In this document: in pieces, positions 37,256-52,610 of the stretch
Layout: each line of letters opens with the position of its first letter
How positions within the stretch are numbered: position 1 is the stretch's first letter
NCBI RefSeq assembly: GCF_006345805.1
Contig: NC_043001.1
Span: forward strand, 78,058,001-78,122,000
DNA from: Octopus sinensis
Lineage: Eukaryota
Direction of reading: 5' to 3'
Length of the DNA stretch: 64,000 nucleotides
Position numbers and translations under genes: made by a program
Notes under the pieces: model-generated
The model's input: the letters and a program-made list of their open reading frames with translations, nothing else
The model's database searches: none
What the model was told of the DNA's origin: nothing

Positions 37256-38679
37256 TATTCACATGTGTGTGTATGTTTGCGTGTGGTGCGCACATACATA
37301 TATATGTGGACTTACATATGTCCACATATATATGTGCATAAAATTAAATGTAATATCATATCAACATATACAAAGTTAATTATATACTTATATATATATA
37401 TATATAAATTATTCAGAGTATTACATGTATATGTATGTATCTATTTTACGTATTTTATTGTGTATTATATAGCAAATATGCATATACACTATTATATAGC
37501 TACAAAGGGTCTCACATGTGTTGTCAATTTAATAAATTTATCATATAAAATACTTAAAAACTTTGATTAAGAAGATTATTCATGCAATTAATATCCCTAA
37601 ATTCCCTGTGGGTTGTTCAAAATCTAAAAACAACTACCGCTTGAGATACCTAAAAAAACGTCTGAATGGAAAATTCATAGAACATGATCTTGGGGATAGA
37701 TCCAGTCCTTTTAACCCGTTCCATTCCCATACTGTATATACTCTATTTTCTAAAATTTCAATTATCTTTTTCCATGGTAGATCTTTGGTGCTTGTTGTTT
37801 TAGATTCAAAACAACCTACTGGAATTTTGAGCCTATTAACTGCTTGAATAACTTCAATCGATCAACTTATATATAATATGTATGAGCTAACTATATTTGT
37901 ATATAGAATTCTTAATTCTCTCCTGCGGTATATTTTTCTTTCTTGCATAATGTATGTATTCATAATCAATGCCAGAGTATTCCTTGAAATTCCATAATGC
38001 AATTCATCACTTCTAGGTCTTGCTAACTGCATAGAATACACTGTGCTGAAGAGGTCAAATTAAACTTGAACAAATTCAGGAGTTCGTGTAAATTACAGCC
38101 ACATTTCGTTTTCTACAGTTTTCAAAATTTCTATTAACATCTTTTATCGAAGTTAACTACTTTATTTTAACTTTCTTGTATTTTAATTACTCTAAGACTT
38201 TATTGTCTTCCAATTTCATGGGAACCTAATATAATCAATAAAATTACTTATGTAAGACGTTACTTCATATGTATTTAATATATAGAGAATCCTCCAGTGA
38301 TTGCAGTTATACCTTATTTTAAAGTCAGGTAATTAAAAAACTAATTAGAATTACATGTGTTCCAAGAAATTTAGACTCCATCACTGTAACACCAGGCGCA
38401 TTAATGAGAGTATATTCTCTTACACCTATAAGCGTAGCCTACCCACAAACTAGCAAAACATACATCTTGTGTATATATGTTTGATATTGTAACCACTATA
38501 TTTGACATTCTATATGGCAAACTCTTTGCATTTTGTGTCCAAACCACAGTGTCATTACCGTAATTAGATTATATAGAACACCGTAACGACTCCTACTAGA
38601 GAAACCTTGGTAATCACCATGTGGTCGAACTTAAATTATACCAATGTCATTGAAACCATCTCATATCGTATGACGTATC

Positions 38680-38910
38680 TTAGATCACATGAAATGGTGT
38701 TCTGTCGATTGTGACGACGAGGGTTCCAGTTGATTTGATCAACGGAACAATCTGCTCGAGAAATTAATTTCCAGTGACTGAACAATTCACATACACGCAC
38801 ATGCCCTTAACTTAGTTCTCAGGGAGATCCAGCGTGACACAGAGTGTGACAAGGTTGGACTTTGAAATACAGGTACTACTCATTTTTGCCAACTGAGTAA
38901 ACCGGGGAAA
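38680..38910 (+). mobile_element. SINE family C-related element
   Basis: gtgacgacgagggttccagttgat..gatcaacggaaca..tgctcg.gaaatt...cagcgtgacacagagtgtgacaagg; a related fragment lies at ~27860-27990. Confidence 0.65.
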
Positions 38911-39525
38911 CAAGAAATAAAGTACCTGGTTCAGAGACAAAATAACTCACGGCATTATGAGCGAGAGCCGAATATCAGGAAGCCACACAACTTCCCATCA
39001 CAAATCATGTAGGCCACTGGAGAAGTGGCATCTATGCTGGTAGAAATAAGGGGGAAATAATCCCCAAACCACAATATGCTGTTTCAAAAGAAACAGGAAA
39101 CATTGGATAACGTAATACTATGTTTAATGTATTTGTATTTAAATTTGGTTGCATGGCCACCGTAGGAATGTATTCAATCATGGAGTGCTCAATCAGAGCT
39201 GAGTTACCTTTCACCAACAATAACAACGATGACAATGTCAACACCATCTTCTACCACTCTTACTAACACTACCAAAAAGAATTCGACTACCATCACCAGC
39301 AGCAGGAACTAAAGCAAACTGCAACGGCTGCAACACCGCCCACCACTAATAATCCTCTCTAATATAGGTAAGGGTCTAATTTTGGAAAGGAGGTTCGCTG
39401 ATTACATCTAACCAGTACATGACTGGTACTTATTTTAGCGACACCAAAATGTGAAAGACAAAGTCGACCTCGGCTACTACTAATGTTAATAAAACCACCA
39501 CTACCACTCCCACGCACACCACAAT

Positions 39526-39556
<31 letters not shown>

Positions 39557-39806
39557 CATTACCACAGCAAAATTTTTTCAACCAATACTACAACCAACTA
39601 CCACAAACAAAACAACCATTACCACCGCACCAACAAAATTACCACCTAAACAACTACTACCAACCATCGCTTCAAAAAGAACCGCTACTTACCTACCATC
39701 GCCACCAAAATTAATCACCACCACTACAATCACCACCACCACAACAACAACAACCACAAAAAATACACTATTGCCGTCATCAACCACCATTATTTCTATA
39801 TCTCCT

Positions 39807-40022
39807 AAGGCGGTGAGCTGGGAAAATCGTTATAACGATGGGTAAAATGCTTAGCCGTTTTTACGCTCAGGTTTTAAATGCCACCATATCGACTTTGCAT
39901 TTTGTCCAACCCAGGTCGATAAAATAAGTATCAGTTGATGACTAGTGGCCGATTTTGTTGGCTTAGTCCCTCTCCCCGCCCAAATTGCTGGCCTTGTGCC
40001 AAAATTTGAAACCATTATTATT
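39807..40022 (+). mobile_element. SINE family A, diverged, with ATT tail
   Basis: aaggcggtgagctgg head and ggccttgtgccaaaatttgaaaccattatt tail. Confidence 0.75.
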
Positions 40023-40908
40023 ATCTGCGCTGTGACTAGTATCACGCCAACACCGCTAATACCATCACTAAATAGGAGTACAAAATCGCGACCACCATTC
40101 ACCTCCAACTACACCGACAAAAGCGCCACCACCGCTACCGCAATCACCACTATTAATCACCCGCAGAACCCTCCCCCATCACCACCACCAACAACAATAA
40201 CTAACAATAACGAAAACACTACTACTACAACCACCTCTACGACCACCACTAACGCCACTAACACAACTACCACCACCATTACCACATCCACCATCACCAC
40301 CATTACCACATCCACCATCACCACCACTACCATTATTACTGCCACTACTCCCTTCAACAGCAACAACAACAGCTGTCAATAGCAACAAGGCAATCGCTAC
40401 AAACACCACCGGCATCACACCTACAACAACAACACAAAAACAGCTATCAATAACATCAACGGTACCACTACAACCACCACAAGCACCACCGCCACCACCA
40501 CTACCATCATAACATCCACCACCACCACCACCATCGAGAACAACAACAGCAATAACTATCGCTCAAAGTTACCCCGCGCAAACAAGCACACAAATAAATC
40601 ATTATAGAAACGAAACAAGAAAAAAATAGACAAAAGACAAAAATATTAAAACAATAAAGAAGTTCACCAATCGCCTCAACAAATGCAGTTGTCGACAGCT
40701 TCTGATATCTATTAAAGCCATTTCTGGTAAACGGTGTCGACCAAAGATTTCACTTCGGTAATAAAGATCCGGCACGGAAATTTAAAATCAATGCAGAGAA
40801 ATAGAAGATAGATAAATAAACAAATGTATAAATAAATAAATAATGATAAATAAATAAAAATTACTAACGAATGAGAAACGTACACAGATTTGTGTATGTG
40901 TATGTATA

Positions 40909-40942
<34 letters not shown>

Positions 40943-40956
40943 CATACATACATACC

Positions 40957-41041
<85 letters not shown>

Positions 41042-41222
41042 TATAGATATATACATATATATATATATACATACATCTATATATATATATATATAATATA
41101 TATATATATTATATATATATATACATTGGAGTATGTGTTCCACATCTATTTCATAAAGCTTCCATTTAATAATAATAATAATAATAATAATAATGATAAT
41201 AATAATAATAACAATAATAATG

Positions 41223-41263
<41 letters not shown>

Positions 41264-41734
41264 CGTAATCATAAAATTAATGTTATTATTATTAATAATA
41301 CTATTATTATTGTTGTTCTTGTTATTGTAGATATTGTTGGTTTTGTTGTTCTTGTTGATGTATATTTATGACTATATATTCGGTGATTAGTCAACCAGAG
41401 TAATGGTTACCGTGCAACTATAACCTGGCATATGCCAAAATCTATACTTGTGAAATCGGTTGGGGAACGGACAAACACACGAACAGGATATGGAGGAAGA
41501 GATGAAATTAAAATCAAATTCGAGACTTTGCAAAGTGCACACAGGATTCCGTTTGAAGTGCTTGCAAGCATAATATTCCAGCGAATAAAGTTTACACGCT
41601 TATAAATACATAAGCACAAACCCGTTTGTATTATAAATATATGTCTATATGTTTGCGTGTATATGTGTGTGCATGTGTACGTGTATATATGTATGTAAGT
41701 ATATATATACATATACGCAACTATATATGTATAT

Positions 41735-41769
<35 letters not shown>

Positions 41770-44219
41770 TCATATATTTCTATATGTATACATTCACAGG
41801 CATACATGCACACATATTTATATACGCATGCGTTATAACTATGCTTACAATTCATAAAAATCAGTGTTCAGTTTACACACGCACACACATACACACACAC
41901 ACGCATATATAAGTGTATAATTATGCCCATAATTACAAATCGACATTGACATATAAGTATGCAGATATATATATATATATTATATATATATATATATATA
42001 TACGTGTACACACAGATTTATATATATATACGCATGTGGTAAGATATTGCTTTGACGTATGTATAAATATATATATATGTATTCCTCAGAATAAAGTATT
42101 ACTCAAGAACAAGGCCCAAAAGGAACTTAAATAATGCATCAAAAATTACTAGATGAACTTCATTAACTTACAGTATGTTTTTCTTTGAGATGCAATGTAC
42201 TAAGATCCGAGTACTTAGGTATATCATTACAGCTTCCAAGAAATTGCAGTTCCTCATGATCTCTGGGTAAAGCAGAATTTATTTTTGTCAAGCAAAGGAT
42301 TATTCTCAAACAAGCGCTAGGAAGTAATTAAGATAACGATTTGAGAAATGTTATAGATTTTAAAATTTGCATTTACGTGTCTACAGCTGACCATTACATA
42401 TTCTACGATGCTTCAGTGTGGCGAGTTAATCAACTTCGGTCTTTTGCCTTAACATTGTTTGTTTAGATTTCAAGACTGATGTCATCAAAGAATTCATTGA
42501 TTAAATCTCGAAAGCTGTTCTGAAGTCTAAATGCCACTTGTGTTGTATTATAAATATGCTACACTTGCAACCTCCCCTATACTTTGTATGGATCTATAGT
42601 TTGTATGGACTCGGGTAAATATATAAAGTAAATATACGTTTGAGTATGCATCTAAAATTATACAAATAGAATTGTAGATATATCTATATATACTTACAGC
42701 ATTCAACTAATGAACAACTGAATATTGTAAGACTGGTACCCGGTCTTTCTTGGCGTCCTACACATTGAAATGATTAGATTCTAAGAAACCTGTAACTGAG
42801 TGTATGTATATATATGTATAATATATATATATATATATTATATATATATATATTATATATATATATATATATGCACACTCACTCGCACACACACACCACA
42901 CACACACACACACACACTCATACACACACATATATATATAAACGACTGAGTAGACAAACGAAAGGAAAGCTCCATGCGACATAAGGTTATACACACACAC
43001 ACATACATATATATACTTTTTTTTATCAAAGCTGCAAAAAACATCACAAAATACTGTGACAGAGTTTCACGTTCCCGTCGTCGGACAGTTGTGATCAAGA
43101 GTGGAATCTTGTCTTTACAGTTTTAATAAGAGAGCGTATAACTCTACCTTCAGTGTACGAGTATTATTTTTCTCACCTTCTTTTGCATTTATGTGCTTAC
43201 TCATGTTTGTATATAACACACGGACACACACACATACACACAAATACACACGCACACAAACACACACACAAAACACACACACATACACACACACACACAC
43301 ACACACGCACGCACACATATATAAATGCAACAGGGATGTAAGTATGGTTATTAGTCAGTTTTTTTTTTTGAAAATCATGGAACATTTTTAATGGGAAAGG
43401 ACTTAATCTTGATCGTGTTTCTTCTAATGTTCATCTTCTAATCTCACATCATTTTTGTCCCTATTTCGTCATTCATTTTTTTTTTATTGATAACATAACA
43501 ACTCAAAATATATCGTACGTCTGAAATATCCAACAGAGAAGAAGATATAAAGCAAAATCACTGCAGATGTTATCCCTATATAATAACAACCGATATATAG
43601 GTGTTGGTTAATTGGTTTGTTGATCTCAAGTCATGTTTTACATCACTTAGAATGGTGCGGAGAGATAGAGTAATAAAGTGATGCAGAGAGATTTAACATA
43701 ACAGAAGCAGCAGGAGTGTCTAATAACTTTCTGAAAGTAAGTTTTTAAAATGAAACTTTGCAGAGATAGGTTTTTGATGGAGTAGATTAAGATTAAGATG
43801 TTGGAAAATAATAACATATATTTATTGTAAATATACAGATGAGAAATTTGTTGTACTTAGATTTGTTTCAGTCTAATAAGTACATTCTAACTAAATAATT
43901 TATTTTATTTCATACAAATAAATGAGTGAGCTGAGCGGCATTTCGTGTGTCTTTACATCCAGTTGAAATTTTGCAGAGCTGGACTTTGCTTTTCATCCTT
44001 CAGGTATAGTTAAAAGTACCTTCGAAATTATTAGCCTTGTTACAAAATTTGAAACCATTATTTTGTATAAATACCAAGAAAATTCATAGGATTTTAGCAA
44101 AATTATGCATCCAAAGTTACCTCCAATGCGACGGCATTGTATGCACACCACGTGTTATTGTATATATATATAATCGTATAAATGAAATTATGCATATTGT
44201 ATGCATACGTATACATGTA

Positions 44220-44970
44220 CGAGGGGGTACCCAAAAGTAACCGGAATTTTGCAATATTATTTTATTCACTTAACGTTACATATTTACACTTTTGTTGCCC
44301 TGAAAGTATTCTCCATTTGAAGCCATGCATCAGTCCAGGCGCGTTTTCCAATATTCGTACCTGTTTTCGAACACTCACAAAGTAATGCCTCTTGTTGTTT
44401 CCGTGTCTTTTTTTCTTCGCCTCTCCCATATCTGGAAATTCCTTAGCTCCAGCTTTCGTCGCCAGTGATGACCTTCGAATAAAGGTCCGGATCAAATTCG
44501 AGATCTTCTTTCAGTTCATGACACATATTCAGTCGTGACTGCTTTTGAGGTTCCGTGAGCAACCAAGGCATAAATTTTGCTGCAGCTAGTTTCGTTCGTG
44601 ATACCTCGCTCAAAATTCGTTGGCAAGAGCTCAACAAATTTGACAATTTTTTGGCATTTAAATTTCAGAACAGCTTTTGAGAACATTTAATCGATGAATT
44701 ATTAGATGAATTTCATGATGCTCAGGAAGTCGACAGTCGCCCTGAATGAGGTTAGTCTTCAAACGACAAGTGACCATTCGTAACGCGTAGAAACCACTCC
44801 TAAACTTGTGACTTGCTCGTGGCAGTGTCCTTGTAAGCTGTTAGAAGCATGAAAACTGTTTCGTCTGCCGACCTCAGCATCAGGAAACAGAATTTCATGG
44901 AAGCATACTGTTCTTTCGTTTCAGTCATCGCAAAAATCTAGTCTTTGCCTGCCACGTCCGTCATCGTATA
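44220..44970 (-). mobile_element. Mariner transposon, internally deleted pseudo-transposase
   Basis: TA followed by TIR cgagggggtacccaaaagtaaccgg. Minus strand reads MTETKEQYASMKFCF..ETVFML, AKFMPWLLT..QK and KVITGDESW, then jumps to the C-terminal W..R...C..SNGEYF. Confidence 0.85.
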
Positions 44971-45487
44971 CGGTCACTATCACAGAAAATCATTCTACAC
45001 TTTTCCCATTACCTTTTCTCTTTACAGCAATAAAGCAAGTGTAGAGAACAATTGTAATTTTTCTCCAAGTAACTCGATAAACATAAGTGTTAGTGAGATT
45101 CATTTAAATTTGTTTACGATCTTCAATACATCTTTATCTGAAAATAGACTGTTTTTGTATAATTGTGTTTCATCAGTGTATATCGTGATATAGCCAATTC
45201 TCTGTGTTATTTAAACGAAAACATTACAACTATTGCCTTTATGCCAAATAAGATTGATAGAAAAAGAGTAGGTGAGAGAGAAAGAGGGGGGGCAGAGATG
45301 CAAAGAGAGTCAGGGACCGACAGAGAAAGAGAAAGAGAGAGAGACTGTGTGTATGAGAGAGAGAGAGAGAATCTGTGTGTGATAGAGAGGGAGATTTAGG
45401 GTTAGAAAGTGTGAGAGAGAGAGAATTAAAGAAATCAGGAGAGAGAGAGAGAAAGAGAAAGAGGAAGAGATAGATAGATAGATAGAT

Positions 45488-45528
<41 letters not shown>

Positions 45529-45836
45529 ATTAAATTTGCAAAATACATATCCCTACTAAATAGGAAAATGCTTGCTTAAGATAAAACAGAAGATATGGCA
45601 AATGTTCTGGGTTTCGACGTGTTATTTAAAGCTTCTGTAAAAGCAAGCTAGAAACGCACGCACGTGATTGTCACGTGTATATCATATCTCGTGTTCTAAA
45701 CGTTAAGTCCAACTTCATGCATCTGAATCTCTCCTCATTAAAGCGGTTTAATATTCATACGGAGATGCGATTTACTGATAGCTACACAGATTTACATAAA
45801 AGATATCTATCTATCTATCTATCTATCTATCTACTC

Positions 45837-45908
<72 letters not shown>

Positions 45909-47309
45909 TATATATATATATATATATTTATTTATATATATGTATATATATCGATTGATCTAGCTCAAATTCCACTCAAACAAATTTATTCAAATCGCTA
46001 ACTCTTCTATTACCAGAACTAGTAATTTGACCTAGTTCTCTAAGTATTATGTTGTATACTTTGTTGTATTTTCTAATGCTCACTCGTTCCTGTAGTTCCT
46101 GCTGCGGATCACGGTATTGATTATTATCTATTTATTACAAAGTACCACAAACGAAAAACACTTGTTCTCTTTCCTCATTACTTATTTGCATCTCTACAAA
46201 CATAAGAGGTTTATCTCTCTCTTTATATATATCTATATATATATATAATATAATATATATATATATATATACACACACACCACACAATATATATTAGATA
46301 TATATATATTATATATTATATATATATTATATATATATATTATATATTATATATATAACATATATATATATATATATAATATATATATACATATACATTA
46401 TTATATATATACATGAATATATGTACGTCTATATATATACACATATATATTGCATATGTACAGTAATACATGCATGTATACGCACGCGCGTACACACACA
46501 TGCATATTCACAGACACACACGCACATATGGATATGCGCATATTTACATATATGCATTACGAATATATAAGAGCTTGCGAGCTGGAAATCTTTGTAGTAA
46601 ATATCTAATACGACATAGGAAATGAGTAACGCTTGTGTCCAGGCAAACGATAATACATTATATTGTTTTGAACAACTGTATTATATATTTGTCTTTCATA
46701 CATCCGCTTTCCACACCACTAATGTAATCCAAGGGAAAAGCAAAGACCGACTCAGCTTGGGTCCAGTGATGTCTATACTTATTTCTACAGAGGAGTGAAC
46801 TAGAGCAAAGTGAAAATAAAAGAAGGAAAATGCACACAGTTTACATAGTTTTAATATACTTTTAATATATTTTATAAGTGAAAGAGTATTGTGTTTGTCG
46901 ATCGGTTTCGCTTTCGCTAATCACGACATTAAAATTATTGTAATTTCGTATTTTCTTAAGAAGATATTAATCCATGTAGTGTGTGGTGAAGTTTGTAAAT
47001 GAATGAATCAACAAGTAGAAAAATTAAAGGGGATGTAATTGATGAAGGGTATTATGCGGAACAAGGGGAGGTAATCGCTCATTTTTTAGGGCGGGGATAA
47101 ATAAATATACAAAAACTGAAAACCTAAAGTAGTGAGATGAAATATGTATAGTGATGGGTATGTGGTCATGAATTAAAATATATACTGAGACTAAAGTTTG
47201 CTATGCGTTCGTATTTAGGCGTGTGCTGTAATTTTAGATAAATAAATTTTGTTTATTTAAACGTTCTAGTACAGAAATTGTTTCTTTGCACTGGTAGATA
47301 GGGAACACT

Positions 47310-47510
47310 GGGAAGTTTGGTTGGATAATACCTGCACATCTCTCTAAATGTTCACTCAAAGGAATCACTCTGTACTACGAGGAACGGATCAGTTTGATGT
47401 TAGAAATCTATACACCAATCTCCCTCATGACTATAAAATAAAGGTAATATAATTCTGGCTGGAAAAGTACCCCGAAGTACTTCCGAAACGCATAAACTAG
47501 GTTTTTATTA
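47310..47510 (+). mobile_element. Penelope-like element reverse transcriptase fragment
   Basis: FDVRNLYTNLPHDYKIKVI*FWLEKYPEVLPKRIN*VFIIE matches the PLE RT motif SFDVxxLYTNIPH. Confidence 0.75.
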
Positions 47511-47546
47511 TTGAAACTTTCAAAGTATTAGTGGAACAAATGGAAC

Positions 47547-47642
<96 letters not shown>

Positions 47643-47985
47643 GTATATATCCGGACGGAGAGACAGCTGATCAGGTGTGTGCGTGCCTACGCATCTGCGT
47701 ATGAGTGAGTGGTCGTAGCGTAGATGACTCAGCGTTTACTGTTCATAGAAGAAAGCTGCAAAAAAATAATAAAAAATAATAAATACATAATAAATAAAAA
47801 AAAGAGAAGGCAACGTAAATCTAAAGCGAGACTCAGAGACAGTCAACTTCTATTGTTTATCATTCAACCAATGTGGGCTTTGATGTCTCTAACGAACAGT
47901 AACAATGAACAGCTGAGCTCGATACCAAAGCTGATGTTCTAGCTAATATATATCAATATTCAATCACGCAACAAATTATATATAT

Positions 47986-48051
<66 letters not shown>

Positions 48052-48242
48052 TGTATATATATAATATATAGTATATATATATGTATATACATATATATAA
48101 TGTATAATATATTATATATAAATGGATATGTATATGTATATATATTATATATAATATATATATATACACATATATGTATATATATATTCATATATATGAA
48201 TGTACATATACATTGATATATATTTCTTGATATACATCGTAT

Positions 48243-48274
<32 letters not shown>

Positions 48275-48332
48275 GTGTGTGTGTATATGTACATACATAC
48301 ACACATACACACACACATATGTATATATACAT

Positions 48333-48695
48333 ATTCTTTTACTTGTTTCAGTAATTTGACTGCGGTCATAGTGATGTACCGCCTTCAGTCGAAGAAATCG
48401 ACTGCAGGAGTTATTCTATGTACGTCTAGTACTTATTCTGTCGTTCCCTTTTGCCGAGCCGCTAAGTTTTGGGGACGTAAATATACCAACATCGGTTGTC
48501 AACCGATGCTGGGGCATATAAACACAGACACACAAATACATACATAGCGGTTTCTTCCAGTTTCCGTTTACCAAATACACTCACAAGGCCTTTGTCGGTT
48601 CGAGGCTATAGTAGAGAACACTTGCCCAATGTACCACGCAGTGGGACTGAAACCGGAAACATGTAGCTGAGAAGCAAGCTTCTTACCGCACAACA
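48333..48695 (-). mobile_element. SINE family B
   Basis: Reverse complement is colinear with 62117-62620. Confidence 0.82.
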
Positions 48696-48745
48696 TTCAT
48701 ACATATATACATTCACACTCATACACGCACGCATATACAAATAGA

Positions 48746-50846
48746 CTAGCAGTAATACCCGTCGTTGATCGGGTAATTACTTTTACTCTTTCTCGGGAGA
48801 CACATTCAAAGTATCATTATACATATAATTTACTCCTCCTCTATGTGTTTAATTTGTATGAGAAAAAAATATGTAATCAGTAGGAAAATGTTCAAATTCA
48901 AACATGAAATTGTGTTTGTTTATTATATGATAATAATAAGTGAGTTGTGTGTGTTATTTTATTTATCAATACAGAAATGGCAATTATATAATACACTTCA
49001 TTTAATTTAATTTATTCAGTCTTGAATGTAATGATATTAATGGTAAATTAATTTATTGAAGTATTCATGTTTCATTAAGAGTGAATATTTCTTAATAAAC
49101 AATTGTTTTTGTTTATTTCAGGGGACAAATATTGAAAGATTTGCTCTTGCTCCCATACATGATGGCCCTACATAAAGTTAGCCATTTGAAAAGTATGGTT
49201 GTTCAATTTACCACCCAGCAACTTTTAGTATTTGTCTCTGACTTTCATTAATACTCATGGCAAAAGAAACACGGATAGGAACTGTAACCGCTTAAATTGG
49301 AATTAAATTAAACTAACTTGAAATTAGAAGGTATGTGAGAAATAATGTCAGCTTTACATTTACCACAACCAGTGAGGATATTTGTCTCAATACAGTTTCT
49401 CGTGAGTTTGTGCACAATTAATCTTATACCATTACATAATTTTGGTGGTGTCAAATTACGTAATAGCATAATACGAGTCCATTTTTTCAGCCGTAGACGA
49501 TGAGGACCTGTACCATGTGGTTGTAGTGAGTTCAAAAATTCGATGGGATAGTTAACAATATCGTCGACAACAATATCAATTGAATTATAAGTGAATATTT
49601 CTCCCGGAAGTTTATTCATTAGGATATTATTAAAATCTTTTGAAGTCAAGATAGCTCGCTCAAAGATCCAATCTGAATTGTAATTTTGAAGAAGATTAGG
49701 AAATATTTCAGCCACCATATCATTGACAGAACCAGTTGAATTAAATATTAGAATAAGTGTAGGAAACTGTTCTTTATCCATTAAAACTCTCCCTTCATCG
49801 AGTTTCAGAAGCTGCCCTGCAAACAGTTCAGCTGATTGATCTCTTGAAAGCCTCGATCTCATATTTGTCGAAAGTTGAAGTGTCTTCACATGATGCCATA
49901 ATACGGAAGACTTTATTGAAGCATTTAGCTCATCCACTTTTGTTCCTCTTGGAGCAATTGGTAGTGCTTTGTTGGAACTCAGCTGACAATAATACTGTGA
50001 TATTCGCACCATGAAATTGCAATATCTAATGTCTCGTAATGTTCTTTCCACAACTTCAAAAGCTTTTTTTGTGAGCCATGGTACATTCGTATCAGACAAT
50101 TAAGTGACATCATTGTAAAAGTTTACCAATTGCAGAATTTTTAGATATATTACAAACTGGATCTTCTTTGTTAGATAAATCTAAAGGTAACTTGAATGTT
50201 GAATGGGCAGTCTGACCTCCGGGTAGAAATGTTGTTACAATCCCAGAAGTAGCAGTAGCTAAAGCTATTTTATTTTCTCGATGGACTTTAGCCAGGAGTA
50301 GTTTAATTACAAATGTTTACCCAGCACCTATTGGAGCATCTACAAATATAAAGTCATCCTATGCTATTCTTGATACTTTCTATGAGAGTGGAATATATAC
50401 GATGTTGATCTGATAGAAGTTTGGGAAGATTATCATTTATGTACATGGTCAGAACGTCCATATCATAGGAAATTTCCCTCATTATTTCAGTGGACAGACT
50501 GTTAAGATACTGTTATTAGTTATTGGGAAACCTAAATTTTCTATAGGTTCACCTCCCATCGAAATAATATGATATATTTCAATCAAAGCTATATTGTATA
50601 TAGCATCAGTGAAAGCAATATCGTGCTCAGGATTACTCAACTGAATTTGGTGCTTGAAATCTTCATTAAGATCATTTCTGAACATGTTCCAGAGCTCAAC
50701 AGGATTATTATTTCACAATTATTTAGAATAATAGCCAAAAGACGCTTTAATGTTTTTGATATTAAAGCGTCATCTAGTGCTTGCAACCAGTTTCGTTTTA
50801 TGGGACAAGCAAACACAAAATCTCTCTTTTATATATATATATATAT
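48746..50846 (-). mobile_element. Helitron deletion derivative carrying PIF1-helicase pseudogene (ORF 49308-50099)
   Basis: 3' hairpin acccg-atcaacga-cgggt followed by CTAG|T (plus 48746-48749). PIF1 motifs are DAPIGAG*TF, SGI.TTFLPGGQTAHSTFKLPL, RIMLLRNLTPPKLCNGIRL and QFPIRVSFAMSIN. The putative 5' end reads TATATATAAAGAGAG. Confidence 0.88.
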
Positions 50847-50930
50847 AACTTCTTTATTTTTTGTGTCTATCCTTTTTATCTCTCTCTTTTTCTCTATTTA
50901 TATCCATAAAATCACACCTAAACATCCCCC

Positions 50931-50972
<42 letters not shown>

Positions 50973-51059
50973 TTAAATGTACACATATGTATATGTGTGT
51001 GTAAGTATACATAGCTACTCATATATACATATATGTATGCATATGTCATTATTCTGTTT

Positions 51060-51750
51060 TATTTCAAGATTTCTTGCTAATAGAGAAAGAGTCGGTTTCT
51101 AAACTAGATCCAAAGCTCCTTTATTAAAATTTCAACAGCAACAAAAGTGTATTTTTGTTTCTATATATGTATGTGTGCAGGTTTGAATGTTTTATTTTAT
51201 GTATGTACATAAAAAAATATCTAGACATGATCATATATATTTAAGTGGAAAACTTCTGGAAAGTTTTACAGAGTTTTACAGTTCTAGTGATGGATTGGAT
51301 CTGTAGTCTTCGAATTAGCTTTCTCCTTTCTGCTTTTGAGAAGCCTAATTTCTCAAGATTGTTTTTTTTCGGCAGTGTGTTACATATCCCAGGAATCCAA
51401 TAATTACAGTTATAAACCTAAACTTGTAATCTGGATAGAGTAACTGCAGATTTCTGAATAGTTCAGCGCAGGTATTCTCTTTTTCGCTGATCTTCAGCTT
51501 TATGATAACATACCCGAGGCAACTAATTTCCATAACTGTACACAGATTTTGTTTCATTATCCCAAATCCTTATATCAGGACTGTTGTGCTTACATTCTAC
51601 TGAGGTTATCACTGGGAAATTCGACCAGTACTCCTCTTTATTATGAAAGACTATGGCATCCTCTAAATCGTTATGATTTAGAGCAAAATACTTTATTTCA
51701 TATTGTTTTGCGACCACTTCGAGATCATATGCACCTGTAGAGGCAACGTC
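51060..51750 (-). mobile_element. RLE-type (R4/NeSL-like) LINE 3' fragment
   Basis: CKHNSPDIRIWD, then C.VMEISC...EKEN...LFRNLQLLYPDYKFRFITVIIG.LGYV and LIRRLQIQSIT.TVKLCKTF, followed by a 3' UTR. Confidence 0.75.
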
Positions 51751-52062
51751 AATTTCATAGAGGGGGTGGGATCATGTGCAACATAAATGTTGAATCATTA
51801 TAAACCAAATAATCTGTGTGGCTGTGGAGCAAGAAACAACAGAAACCTCAACTATTGTGTTGGGTACTAAACAACAGCAATAAGAGACCAGTATCTACAT
51901 CAGCAAAACAATGCAAAAGATACTGGACCTGAAGAAAACAAGTAGTAACATTGCATAATCACAATATTAATCTGAATTAAGTGGAGTTATCTTATGTTGA
52001 GATTGTCTACATATCCTTAAAATTGTTCGATATTAACGCGTGTTTGTGTTTGTAACTGAGGG

Positions 52063-52103
<41 letters not shown>

Positions 52104-52118
52104 TTATATATGAACATA

Positions 52119-52292
52119 GAGTAATCCCTCGCCATATCGCAGTTCACCTATCGCGATTTATCATTACATCAATTCCTGCGAAGTGTTGCTTTGCATTTAT
52201 AATAAAATAAATATATACAAATTATAAAAGTAGAAAAAATATATTGCGGGAGCTTTTGGAACGTAACGACTACAATAGTCAAGGGATTACTG
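52119..52292. mobile_element. Tigger/pogo-type MITE
   Basis: TA|gagtaatccctcg ... aagggattactg|TA. Confidence 0.75.
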
Positions 52293-52466
52293 TATATATA
52301 TATATATTATATATATATATATATGCATGCATATATGAGTACTGGACGTCACCAACGGTATAAATAACACGAAATACGTAAACAACGAGTAAAACACAGA
52401 GTAAACACAGAGAAAGGACTATTTGTCATTTTTCGTTTGTCTACTCCACATTTCCAGCATTCAATG

Positions 52467-52512
<46 letters not shown>

Positions 52513-52549
52513 TTCTGCGTATGTATGTATATATTATATATGCATATAC

Positions 52550-52610
<61 letters not shown>

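Noticed and set aside
37560-38250. Minus-strand decayed coding-like text (LNLFKFNLTSSAQCILC...; WEWNGLKGL) resembling a LINE C-terminus
   Set aside because: Many stops and only a vague zinc-knuckle resemblance; it cannot be assigned without a profile search.
39483-40560. Thr/Pro-rich mucin-like ORFs
   Set aside because: They are degenerate (ACC/ACA/ACT)n microsatellite interrupted by a SINE, with no splice signals or signal peptide.
41430-41605. 57-aa frame MPKSILVKSVGERTNTRTGYGG...
   Set aside because: It is short, has no recognisable homology and is consistent with chance.
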